The notes under the pieces are model-generated. The model made no database searches, was not told the origin of the DNA, and saw only the letters and a program-made list of their open reading frames with translations. From assembly GCA_030704615.1 (NCBI GenBank), contig CM060733.1:7316001-7380000 (forward strand): a stretch of 64,000 nt of DNA, given 5' to 3'. Position numbers and translations under genes: made by a program. Below, piece by piece: positions 52,601-64,000 of this stretch. The number at the start of each line of letters is the position of its first letter. Position 1 is the stretch's first letter. This DNA comes from Takakia lepidozioides (Eukaryota; Plantae; Bryophyta).

Positions 52601-55600
52601 GGGCTTGTTGTGAGCCACATCCCCTCATCCCAAATTCTATGCCACCTTCGTTGTCCAAACATGCGAAGATATGAATAGACAACCAAGCATGTTACTTCAG
52701 TGACAGATAAGCCACCTTCGTCCACCGTAGGTGCCTGCAAATTGAAAGATAGGCCACCTTTGGTTGACGAAGGTGGAGGCTGAGTGGGAGAACATAAAGG
52801 TAAATACGCAATAAATGGATGACCCAGGAAGGACGAAGGTTTCTCGTTTTATAGGGTTAGCTAAATCAATTTTGAAATCTGAACTTATGGTAGATGCATG
52901 TTAATTCCCGCCATTGATTTCTCCGAAGTTGATCATAGCCATCCAGGTCAAGCTTCGACCTTCGTCCGACGCAGGTCAGTTGTTTGAGCGTTTATAATGT
53001 TTTGAGCTGCTCTAAACATTGTTTTGAGCAATTTCAGCGTTTTGACAGGCTCAAAACATTGTTTTGACAGAATAAATATTTCAAACAGTTGCGGGTTAAA
53101 TCCATCCGGTAACGGATCCTCGATGTACTCTCTTTCTCAACGGTCACTCTCATTCTAATATATGCCGATGCTAATAAATAATCTGTATAATGTACCCACC
53201 TTCGATAGTAGGAGGTTCCCTATAGGCACAGTTGTGCAGTAAGGTGCCCATGTATGAGAAGTATAATCTACTAATTCAAATATATTATTTTTATCCGCCG
53301 ATACTAATCTCTTATCTATTTAGTCTATGTTAAACATATCTCAGAATGTTATTGATTTTTGACCGTACACTTTAATCTGTACCCACCTATGGTTGACGGA
53401 GGTGACAGTGTAGCCGTAATGACAGGTAGAATATAAATATTTTGAGTCCATTTATATTTATTTTCAGTCTATCGATTCTACACTATAATACATAATGTCG
53501 ATAGACTAATCTTATTGTCTATATAATTGTTGTAATATGTTATACGACTTTTCCAATGTAAAGTCTTTAGACTACAATATATATATATATATATATATAT
53601 AGTTTATATACATTTTATACACGGCGTAGATACGGATTAAGTCTACGAATGTCTGTAATCGTGTGTAGTCGTTTGCACACATAGTTTTAAATGCTATTCA
53701 TCTTCGCTTTGGCCTTTAACCGACCTTCGTTTTACGGTGCTACCCTAGGGTCGGAGGTGCGCAGGGAGCTATGTAGCCCTAATGTCAGTATACACAAAGT
53801 TAAAATATTATGTGATATACAGTTTAGTTTAAAATCTACGAAATATGTAGTCTTTAATCTATAAAGTCTATGTACTGCTAGATGGATTGGTCATGACTAG
53901 ATGATTATGACGAGTGATTTGTATACTTGTGTTGCATTAGTGATGATTAATGATCCATCACTAATCCATCATCTATATATTGTGTTATGATATCTGTATG
54001 TATCTCTCTGACTATACAGATAGAAATCATATGATATGGTAATCAGATATATATATTTTATTTAAATCTACACATTGTACATTAGTTTGCCGGCGATCAG
54101 CATCCGTCCTAGCAGCAGATATTTGCTATATTCCTTAACCTCCGTTTGACGTAGGTAGGCAGTGGATGGGCTCGGTTGACTACATGGACCTCTGCATATC
54201 AACTTTTACAATGCATATTGTGTACTTTTGTTCTGGTATATTTGCTGTTTCGATGTACATATTATAAGGGGAGCGTAGACGCAGATTAACCTCGTATTGT
54301 CGTTGCCTCGGGTATCTTCTTGAGGTTCATGGAATTGAATATCTACCCTCTGTCACCGAGGCTTGGACGACTGTTGACAACGACAAAATTACTATGTACA
54401 CTACTGACCAGTCTAGGAACATCACCCTGTTTGTGCATCTCTATGCCCCTGGTATCTGGACTACCCTGCCAAGGAAGGTCCGGCTAGTGAGAGACAAAAG
54501 ATTGCTGCTGAGGAGGGCAAGGTTGGTAAGGACAATCCGACCCGGGCGTCCGATACTGAGAATACCCAGCGACAACAACGACATCGAGAGGCCCTCAACA
54601 CCGCAACTGCTTTGGAAGATGAAAGGATTGCAGCTATGGAAGCTGAAAAAGCGAAAAACAAACGGAGACAGTATATTACAGTGGGCAAGAGGAACAAGGG
54701 AGACAAAGCACAAACTGCATGTGATCGTGGAGAATCGAAACTTTCAGGAAGTGCAGATGACGGAACCCAGAACAAGAAGAAGAGAAGACATAGTGGAACT
54801 AAAAATGACGACATGGTCTGGGAAGCCAGGTACATTGGTTCTTCTTCTGCTTCCCTAGATTCCAAGGTTTTGTGTTTGCAGGGGGATGTAAAAACATTGG
54901 CAACCCTCATTAAATCCGACAAGATGGAAAAGGAGTCCTTGTTGTATTCAATCTCCAAGTTCCTTGGTGATGTTGGGTGTGAGAATACTGGGACACGTAA
55001 CCTTGAAACTACGGACATGGTGTTCTGGGAGCTTCCGGACGGTCACAGTGTTGATCCTGTTGATCCGTCATTGACCCCCGACGATGATGATGTCCCTGAA
55101 TGGAATGAGTATTCTCATGAAAACATGGTCCACGCATTTGAGATAGCGTACCAACTCATGGACGATAATGGTTGCTTCATTGTTGTGGCGCCAAGTGATC
55201 TGCGGATGTCGATACATAGGCACATGAGGAAGAAGGAGATGAGACACTTCAGGACGTGGACATGCATCAACGACAGAGCTTTGAATTGCAACACAGGGAA
55301 GGTGAGATCTTATGCTTTACATTTCAGGCGTTTGTGGTGGTGTTTCTTGGAGTGCTAATCTGTTTCCCTTTTGATTTACATTTCCATCACTTGTGGTGGT
55401 ATTTGTTGGAGTGCTAATCTGTTTCCCTTCCTCTGTATGTACACAGACATTTGTCTTTGAAATGCATTGTTTGGTGCTGGAGTCGTGCAAGGATTTTCAT
55501 ATCAGTGAACAAGGGTTTGTTTTTTCAAAGAACCCGGATTGTTTCACTGGGGATCTGTTGAGACACTATCTTCCAGCATCTGAGATGACAGTATCACCCG

Positions 55601-56584
55601 AAGGCAACCCTTACAGAGGACGCAAAGAAAAATCCCCTGCGTTCTATCAGACACTCATGGAGTTATGTTCCTCTGAGGGTGCGGTTTTGGATATCACAGC
55701 ATCAACAGGTAATATTTTCTCATTCCTCCTCTTATCTGGTGATTGGACATTTGCAATGACAGATGATGGCCGTGTGCCCAGAAGAGTCCAAACAGCGTTT
55801 CTTTCGTGGTGAGCAATTAAGGACAGAGGTCCTTCAATATGGAATTCTAACAAATTTATGGATACGTTTGGCTTGTAGGCATTTTTACACTTTTTGCCTA
55901 GTAAACCTTCATCATATTGCGCCTTCTGGCTTTGGCTTCCCAGGTATTATGCTTTAACAGTACAATGCATTTAGAATCTCATACCGTCTAAATTACTACT
56001 GTAGGGAACTCAGTGAAAGCTGCAAGTACGTCCGGAAGACACATCGTTGCAATGGAGGGGGACAAAGAGGTGTTTGAAGATGTTCTACGGTGATTGAATG
56101 ACTCCAGTCAGAAGAAAACACGAGCTGCCTTGCAACCTCCTCGAAAGTCTGCGGTCAAATATATTGTGGACGGATCAGATGGCGAGGGAGATTTGTGAGT
56201 GAGTCATTTCATTACCCTGCTTGCAACGTTGCTGTGTTAATCATTTCCATTCTGTATGTGGTTTTGACCTTATGACCACAAATGTTCAGGCAACCGGTCG
56301 TGAAGAGGCGGAGGATGAGAGGACCATTGTATACCTACGATGTTGAGTTGCCCCTGAGCCCACAGTTGTTTCCAGAGCTCCCAATGTATGCAGAGGCGGC
56401 GGCCCAAAGACAAGCGACATCAAATCACGACAAGGAGTGGGATAACACCATCACCTGGACACGGAAGAAGTCCTTATTTGGGAATGATAGTTATGTTTAT
56501 GTTCTGGACAAGGCTATCGAGGCATGTGACATGCCAACAATAGTATGGGCACAAGCTCGGTCGATGTTTTGCCCGACTGTGTAA
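49687..56584 (+). pseudogene. Multi-exon ParB/Srx-like domain plus beta-class amino-DNA methyltransferase-like (N6_N4_Mtase fold) gene, decayed
   Basis: Approximate exons: 49687-49833; ~50498-51444 (VPLCRM..IRP..GY..FYVWDGNHRLHTW); 51547-51739; ~51845-52258; ~52347-52556; ~54417-55301 (DMVFWELPDG..PEWN..AYQLMDDNGCFIVV); 55447-55708 (YRGRKEKSPAFYQTLMELCSSEGAVLDITAST); 56005-56194 (GNSVKAASTSGRHIVAMEGDKEVF); 56291-56584. Contains stops, a frameshift and an ~82-bp inversion. Confidence 0.75.
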
Positions 56585-57489
56585 TAGATTTGGTTTCTGA
56601 GGACACTTCTGAATAGCACATTTCATCACATTTGGGATATTTACATTTTGGGACCATACATGTCACATTTCAAAAAAATGGGTAATAATGTTATTTAATC
56701 CCAGGTCCGATGTGATGTCCTTGCTTGTTGTGGTGTATAAGGTCAGATGACACAACCCCAGAATATATTTGTCAAATATTTGCAATTTGTCACCACCTAT
56801 GTTACATTTATGAAGCATGTCAGATTGTCCCATCTCCTCGAATGTTCAAAACTGCATTCCCCAGTTAATGCATTCTTCCATTTTGTCGCATTTTGTTTTT
56901 TCCTTGGTCGTCATTGTGTAGATATACATTCCATTCATATGCAATTGACATGACCCAGGGAGTACAAGGGTGTCTCGTTTTCTATTGTTACATTTATCAA
57001 TTGTGCAATTTGTACCTATGGTAGATGCATGTGAATTCCCACCGTCGATTTCTCCGAAGTTGATCATACCCGACCGGGTCAAGCTTGTACCTTCGGCCCT
57101 CCTATTTTTTACATCTTGGATTGCCCAGCTATCGACTATGACCTTTGGTGAACGAAGGTTACCCTCTTTATGGCTTCTTTGGTCTCTGCAACATTCGAAA
57201 CTACGTTGCACGAACATGGAAGAATTCTGCATGTTTTTTAGCCATTTATATCTCTACCTTGGTTTATCGTATGCTGCAAAAATGTCCGGGGATGCAAGTG
57301 AAAATATAAATTTGTTGGACCTCAGTTGAACGAAGGTGTCTCTTTTGTCACTTGGAATGTGATCTTGTATTCAATTTCAAACTCTAAAATTTAATTTTTT
57401 CAGACAAGTTCGTTGCGCAGATTGAAATGTTCTTGTTCATCTTTTTTGACCTTCGTCACTGGTGGAATTGCGTTGGCAACTGACAGAAT

Positions 57490-58402
57490 ATGAGCTCTCC
57501 CCCCCCCCGGTCTGTTTTTTTGTCTAACTCTGGTAGTACCTGATCCGAACGTTGTACCCACGGCTGTGCCTCTGGCATTACCTCCTCAACCACCTCCACT
57601 TTCATCTCCTCCGCCAGCAGTACCACCTCCACCAGTACCACCTCTACCTCCACCTCCACATGCATGTGCCCCCCGAACCCCTATGAGGGGTCGGCTTCGC
57701 CCTAGGTTTCCTCCCCTTCGGCTTGGGTGGCCTGAGCCGGATCCTTGCCCTCGATGGGAAGCGCATAGGACTATGTTACTGAGAATCGTCCAACCTCGTT
57801 GTTGGGGAAATCATCTCGACCCTCCTACTCCCATCCGAGAGAATGTGGAGTTCAAGTATTGAGGTAGATGGTATGTTGTGAGAGCCGCTACTGACCCTGC
57901 TATGGGTCGGGGTTTATTCATGGTCAATGATATTGTAGTTTCTCCTCGGAGAAACAACATGGTGGACTTGTTTCCTTACTACGGTCTATACTACATCTCC
58001 GGGGAGTTCCGTACATTATGCCTCGAAGCCCCATACATCCTACCCTACATTTTGTGTGTCAACGAACAGGATGTACGTAGATGGGGGTTGTTTCCCATTG
58101 AGATCAGATTTTGTGATGGTGACCCCGATATCTTCGGCAATGTTGTTGGGCTTATCAACAGTTCTTTTGGTCATCCTATGAGAACCAATGTAGTATGGGA
58201 CGAGCGAAGCGACGGGCATGAGAGCTTCTGTGGTGACACATCGGTATATTGTGAGGGGATGCACATGTTTGTCATGACATGTGCTAGTATGACTATTAGG
58301 CTGGCAGCGAGTTATTTGCCTCATACGAGTTCTCCCGGGATGATTGGGACCTCCGGTTACAGCATGAGTGAGATGTGTATGATAGAAATAGGGTTCTTTT
58401 GA
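57490..58402 (+). pseudogene. Pro-rich N-terminus plus SET-domain protein, one stop and frameshifts
   Basis: MGRGLF..I..YYG..GNVVGLINSS..N..FVMTCASMTI, then in the shifted frame AGSELFASYE (~58300-58330). These correspond to the SET motifs GxG, (R)xINHS and ELxxxY. The 57566 and 57878 ORFs share a frame separated by one TGA. Confidence 0.7.
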
Positions 58403-59419
58403 GACAGGGATCGCGTAGAGGGACATTGTATATATTCTCATGATGTACTTTGTATACATCCGATTAATCGATTGATGTAAATATTTTTCTTGTTGCTCGT
58501 GTGGGTTGCAACTTTGCATATGTGATCTGAACATACTTATGCACATGTGGACCAAATATGAGCTTGAACCAAGTTCATTCAATGGGTCATTCTAGTGTTG
58601 AACGCAACTACGTGTCGGAGAGACGAAAAATTGCGTTTCGCCTGCGCATGATTTTTTTTTTTATTCCATTTTTCAAGCCATATGCTTAATGACAACATAT
58701 GCAATGTGCGTGCAAAATTTGGGAGTAAACAAAAGTCATTTGGACCCAGAACCATATTTTGTTCTCTCATTTGCACTCCAAAGTTGAGTTATCTTCAACT
58801 TCATGCACTCTTCATAGAGAATTCTGTAAAAGTGACCCTAGAAACACACTTATTTTTTTTCCATTTTGTTTTGTCCATTTTTTTGTATGGATGTAGTGGT
58901 GCTAACCCCAATGTCACGGAATAAAATAGAGCCAAAAATAAAATCAATACGCCCCTCAAAACCGCAATTCTATATTTTCTAAATACAAATATTTATTTAA
59001 ATTCTTTTAAATTCGATTTAATTCAAATTTGGTTCAAGGGTGAGTGCGTCGTTGGGGAGGCAAATGTTTTTTTTTTTGCTGGATCTTTGCACATGGGTTG
59101 CACACATATTTAAACACATGCGGGAGAATGTAAAGCTTGAGCCTCATCCGTTTGATGGGTGCAATGGCATGAGAGGATTTTCTTTCACATTAATAAACAA
59201 AAATTGGTTGATAGGGTGAACGCGTCCTTGGGGGGGCAAATGATTTTGTTTGGGTTTGAAACTTTGCATGCGTGACGTTGCGCACATACATGTAATTATT
59301 GAATGACAGATTTGATGCATGCACACATTGAAGGTTGTTGTTTGCATTTCGTTTATAATAAGTTGTATGGTTGCAATGACACATTATAATATATGCCCGT
59401 ATGTTCATTTGTTCGTATC

Positions 59420-62208
59420 AGGACTTTGTCCATCCCTTCCCGGTGCTTTCTTGGGGGACCCCATCCGAAAACAACCCAAGTACATTAGGTGAGAGCCGTG
59501 GGCGAGACGCCGCCCCCACCGTTGATCAAGTACCGAACGATGATGACGATGATAGTGACATTGATAGCAGGAGTGAGGATAGAATTAACCAGGAGGATGT
59601 GCAAGCTATGGAGGATCTCTTAATGCATCATGTAGGCGTTGATGCAACCCATGGAGAAGAAACCAGGCCAATCGTTGATCCTGAAATGGGCCCCTCAAAT
59701 GACATGGAGAGGGAGGCGAGAACTCCCTTGTATGAAGGGGCGAAAGTGAGTCGACTTTCATCAATCTTACTATTGCTCAATTTTCAAGTTCGATTTGGCA
59801 TAAGTAATGTTGGGATGTCTGCCATAATGCGAACTATCGCGGACTATATCTTTGCTCCACACTTGAAACCTAAGATGTCAAGGTCGCGGAAAGAGGCGCG
59901 CGAAGTGTGGGGATGGCCTATAAGATGTTTCATGCATGTCCATGTGATAAAACCCTATACTACGGAGATGATTCGCGTCTTACCAAGTGCCCAAAGTACA
60001 AAGAAGACCGATATCAGGATGATGTCCAAGGGAAAAAAAAGTACCACGCAAGGTATAAGCGTCATTCTCCCTTGCATGGAAATTTTCTTCTTTAATCTTG
60101 TCAATGCATGTCAAGTATATTCCACAAAGTTTAGGGTTTAGAGAGTAGTACTCATGCAAGATCTGATTGTGGCTTTGGAAAGAGTGAGTAATATTAGCGA
60201 CGTTCGGTTTTGACCATTCACGCCCATGAGGGAGAGGCTGTATAAAGGGAAAGACATAAGGGTGTTGTATTATGTATCATAATGGGATGATTATATGTGG
60301 CGGACGTGGGGTATTTATCCTAGAAAATGCATTATTTTCCGTTCATCCCGCGATTGAAGGCACACTACCGAAGCCCGGAGTTGGTAACACTGATGAGATG
60401 GCACGCCTCGCATTGGAGCCCCCCGAGAAAGGTGTGCGGGCCACAAGATTCACAAGCATGGAGGCATACTGAAGAGATGTGGCATTTTCTCTCAAGGAGG
60501 ACCCACGACATGTCCGCCTCGGCTTCTCCTCGGATGGGGTCAACCCATACTTTGTCCAGTCATGTAGTCATTCCACTTGGCCGGTGACCTTGGTGAATTA
60601 CAACATCTCTCTGTATCTTTCAATAAAAAAAGACCATATCATGTTGGCTGCCATTGTACCAGGTGAGTGTTCCCATTTCATGCTTATTATTCCATTGGAC
60701 TTTACATTAATCTTATGATCTCTGGCGCAATTCGGATGCAAGATTGATGAGTGACATAATCATGGAGTAAGACGTGTAATTCATTATGTAGTATAATTTG
60801 CATATTGGTGGAGAATTGAAACAATGATGTGAATGTCTCATAGGGAAAAAACAAGTGACAAACATGGACACGTACTTGCGACCTCTAGTTGATGAACTTA
60901 AGGAGCTATGGAGGGGGGTCCCGACATTGGATGCTTCACTTGACCCTATGGCCGGACAATCTTTTCAGATGAGAGACATATTGCTTTGGACAATGCATGA
61001 TTATGCAGGTATATTATGTTCCCCATGAAGAACCCACGTACATTTACTTGTCAAGGTCGGATAGTCTTGTCAAGGCGACAGTCTTGTGCACCGTAGTGGG
61101 GTAGATGGCACCATGGGCCATGCACATGAGAACTTATTGTCTTGGCTAATGTGGCGGGATGTGTACAAGACTAACTATTTGCTCGGGGCTAAGCACCAAA
61201 GGGTACCATGCGTGCTTGCATTATGATGATGATCTTGATACACATAGCTCCCGCTATCTTCCCAAGATAGTGTATCCCAACTACCGCAAGTTTCTTCATA
61301 TGAGCCATCGATGGAGAAGACGAGAGAAACACTTGTTTGATGGCAAAGAGGAGGTACCCCCCCCCTGTGACACCATCCGGGCAGTTTTGGGAAGACCGAT
61401 GGAAGGAGGCCCATGCGGGCACGGTCGGTGAAGTGGAAATGTCCGGCATGAAGCGACTTTCAATCTTCTACGAGTTGCCATATTGGGCGGTACGTATTCC
61501 ACAAAAACACCATCAATATCCTATGCATGCATGTGATATTGCACATTTGGTATGCGTTGCATTGTCACTTTCACGTCAAAAAATTTGTGTAAGCATTTGT
61601 GGATGGGGATATATGTAGGACCTGAAGATTCGCCATCTTCTAGATCCCATGCACATTGAGAAGAATGTCTGCTCGTCCCTTTTTCGGGTTCTTAATGGCA
61701 CGCTGGCAAAGAAGGGAGTGGCTGCAAAAGGAAATTATCTCGGTGTTAGAAAGGAGCTTGAGGAGCAAGGTCACATGCGCCATCTATGGGCCGAACAAAA
61801 TGGTGTGGACCCAAAGGGTGTTGTACGGTGGAAGTATAGGCGCGCATTTTGGCAATGGACAAAGGAGGAATACAAGAATGTGATAGTCACCATAGGTGCT
61901 GTCCGAACACCAACTGGTTATGGGTCATCCCTCCGTATGAAGTTCAACGAAGAAGACGAGGTCGACCATGGTTTGAAGTCTCATGACTACCACAATAATT
62001 TGCAAGACATCTTGCCCATTGCAGTATGTGGGACATTGACTCCCGAGGTTTGCGAGACAATCTACAGATTGGGAGGCTTGTTCCGGTGGATTTGCTCCAA
62101 AGAGTTGGAGGAAGCGGATTTTCCACGCATGAAGAAGGAGTTAGCAGAGGTAATGTGTATGTTGGAGATGAACCTTCATCCCTCCTTCTTTGACATCCAA
62201 GTGCACTT
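59420..62208 (+). pseudogene. Second CACTA TnpD transposase, frameshifted and cut off by a nested CACTA end
   Basis: PLYEGAK..HACPC..CPK; YFPFIPRLK; RHVRLGFSSDGVNPY..STWPV..YN; MDTYLRPLVDELKELW..WTMHDYAG; SIFYELPYW; LDPMHIEKNV; KSHDYH; PSFFDIQVH, then an abrupt switch to non-coding sequence. Confidence 0.92.
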
Positions 62209-62720
62209 CACTACAAGAAAAATTGGCTTTTACGACTCTGTCTTATGACTGCAAATGCAGTTATGAAAGCCATTTACGATTCCCTGACTCTGAAGAAGTA
62301 GAAGCCGAGTTAGTTGTGACATGGTAGTCGTGGCTGCCATTGAGTCGTAAGTGACAGTCGCCAGGCTTTGTGTGACATGGTGCCTGAGCAGCGCGTTCAT
62401 GGTCATACACGCTGGCTTTACTGAATGACTGAACGGACAGTGTAGTCCATGTCATCGGTTGTGCAAGAGTGACATGTGCTCGATATAGAAAATGACACGT
62501 GGCAGAGTGTTCGCTCTCCATGACTGGAACTATGACTACGGGCGTGCTAATTCGGTTGCAGCACATGGCGCGTTGCAGTTTTTACACATGGTCCCTCAGG
62601 AGATTGACATGTGTCATGATGGGTGTTTTATTATGTATTTCTACACATTTGTATTTTTGCCACGTGGTGCATTACTATTGGAGAGTGAAAATAGATTATT
62701 ATGACTATGGTAGAAGTCAT
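62209..62720 (+). mobile_element. Terminal inverted repeat and subterminal region of a nested CACTA element
   Basis: CACTACAAGAAAAATTGGCTTTTACGAC begins at 62209, exactly where transposase homology ends. It is followed by TAYGAC/GTCGT subterminal repeats in both orientations. The predicted TSD is CTT (62206-62208); the partner end was not found in the window. Confidence 0.85.
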
Positions 62721-63489
62721 ATATATATATATACATATATAATGAACAGGGACATAGGCCCTGGAAATTTTATTATATAAAGGGGGACGAGAAGTACATA
62801 AGGAAAAAATAACCTCAATCCTGGTGCTATAGAGATCGACCTAGGAAGGCACTGCTTCAAGACTAGAGGCAAAACGCTGCAAGAGAGGTACTAAAAACTA
62901 AGCAAGGAGAGAGCACTAAAGACTAAGAGCCAGGGCCAAGGAGGCAAGGGCAGGCTGCGCAATGCAACCCAACACAGAAGTGCCAGAAGAGGCATTGTGG
63001 ACTCCATCTCTTGACCCTCTTCCAGAAGCTATGGTCATGGTTGAGCTGCCTGATTTTATCAACTGTGCCGCTGTAGCTGCTGCCTTTAGTTGACTATCTA
63101 CCCATGCAGGTTTCTTGTAGCTATTGATCCACAAGGAATCATAGGTAATCTTGTGCTTGGAAATCTGGCCCTCTTGGATGAATCTGTGCCCACACTCTAC
63201 CCCTGCTCCTTCAACTATCCATGCCTCTGCACAAATCATGCATTCATCGTTGCCTTGCTGCTAGCATCTCACATAACAACCTAGATTTACTCTAGGAAAC
63301 ACCCAACTCAGCTTATCACACTAGTTCCTATGCTGAATTACGTCTGCTACTCTCTGTAATGCAACAGGCATTCACCTTTTTGCCTCGATTGTCCCACCAT
63401 TGACTGGGGTCAGAAAAATATTCATTCCACAGCTTCTCATCGTCTCTGGTACTTGTTTATGGATACTTTCCTGCTGTCACATTGGCAGT

Positions 63490-63945
63490 ATCATGTCAAA
63501 GTCACTCCAAACTATTTAAGGTTCACTCAACCAGTTAACTTGCAGAATTCAACATGAAAATTTAGGGCCGATTCTGATAAGAGGGAAAAACAGGGTGAAA
63601 TGTGTTGAAGAAGGTGCCTTCATTAGCAATGCCTGGTTTTATCAATTGTGCCGATGCAACTGCGGCAAAACAGGCAGAGATTGAAACACGGCCTGCTAAG
63701 ACCAAGCTAACTCTCCCACCATAGATCCACCATGAGCTAACTTGCAGAATTCAACATAAAAATGTAGGGACAACTCTGATAGTAGGGAAAAATAGGGGGG
63801 GATGTCCGTACTTGTCAAAGTCACCCCAAACCTCCACAGATCCACCCAACGAGCTAACTTAAAAAATTCAACATGCATCTCAGGGCCGAGTCTAATGAGA
63901 GGGCAAAACAGGCTGAAATAGGTCGAAGAAGAAGGTGCCCTCACC
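63490..63945. repeat. Degenerate direct repeats (three copies of CTAACTTGCAGAATTCAACAT..GGGAAAAA)
   Basis: Related blocks at ~63535, ~63737 and ~63853. Confidence 0.6.
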
Positions 63946-64000
63946 ACATTGTCCTTGACCTTGTGTCATGACCCATGGACAGATCTGGAGTGTGCCAAGC

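Larger units (their letters stand above)
47466..57338. repeat. Dispersed 21-bp quasi-palindromic motif NACCT-N11-AGGTN (at least 13 copies)
   Basis: Copies start at 47466 (degenerate), 47769, 47979, 48086, 48205, 52713, 52755, 52957, 53197, 53384, 54137, 57140 and 57318, e.g. CACCTTCGGTTGCCAAAGGTG and CACCTTTGGTTGACGAAGGTG. Confidence 0.85.

Overview
Eukaryotic, intron-containing, transposon-dense DNA from a land plant, probably a non-seed plant such as a bryophyte (lineage is inference). Only one gene looks intact and conventional: an 8-exon 2OG-Fe(II) oxygenase resembling At1g68080 (17980-21785, +). The first 25 kb also hold a Mutator-type MITE with a 9-bp TSD, an unprocessed peroxisomal MFP/AIM1 pseudogene, a head-to-tail array of four non-autonomous Helitron units, and Gypsy, Copia and CRE-like LINE remnants. 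From about 25 kb onward the window is dominated by two large, cargo-bearing CACTA (En/Spm) regions. The first carries a Ulp1-type protease, orphan ORFs, a TnpA-like gene containing an FCP1/NIF phosphatase domain, and a TnpD transposase. The second, the most interesting part, carries a co-oriented series: a spliced gene joining a ParB/Srx-like domain (VWDGNHR) to a bacterial-type beta-class N4C/N6A DNA methyltransferase fold, a SET-domain gene, and a TnpD transposase. At least 13 copies of a 21-bp palindromic motif (ACCT-N11-AGGT) lie in the non-coding parts of this second region. Most cargo copies here are decayed (stops, frameshifts, one micro-inversion). All domain calls come from motif recognition by eye; no database searches were run.
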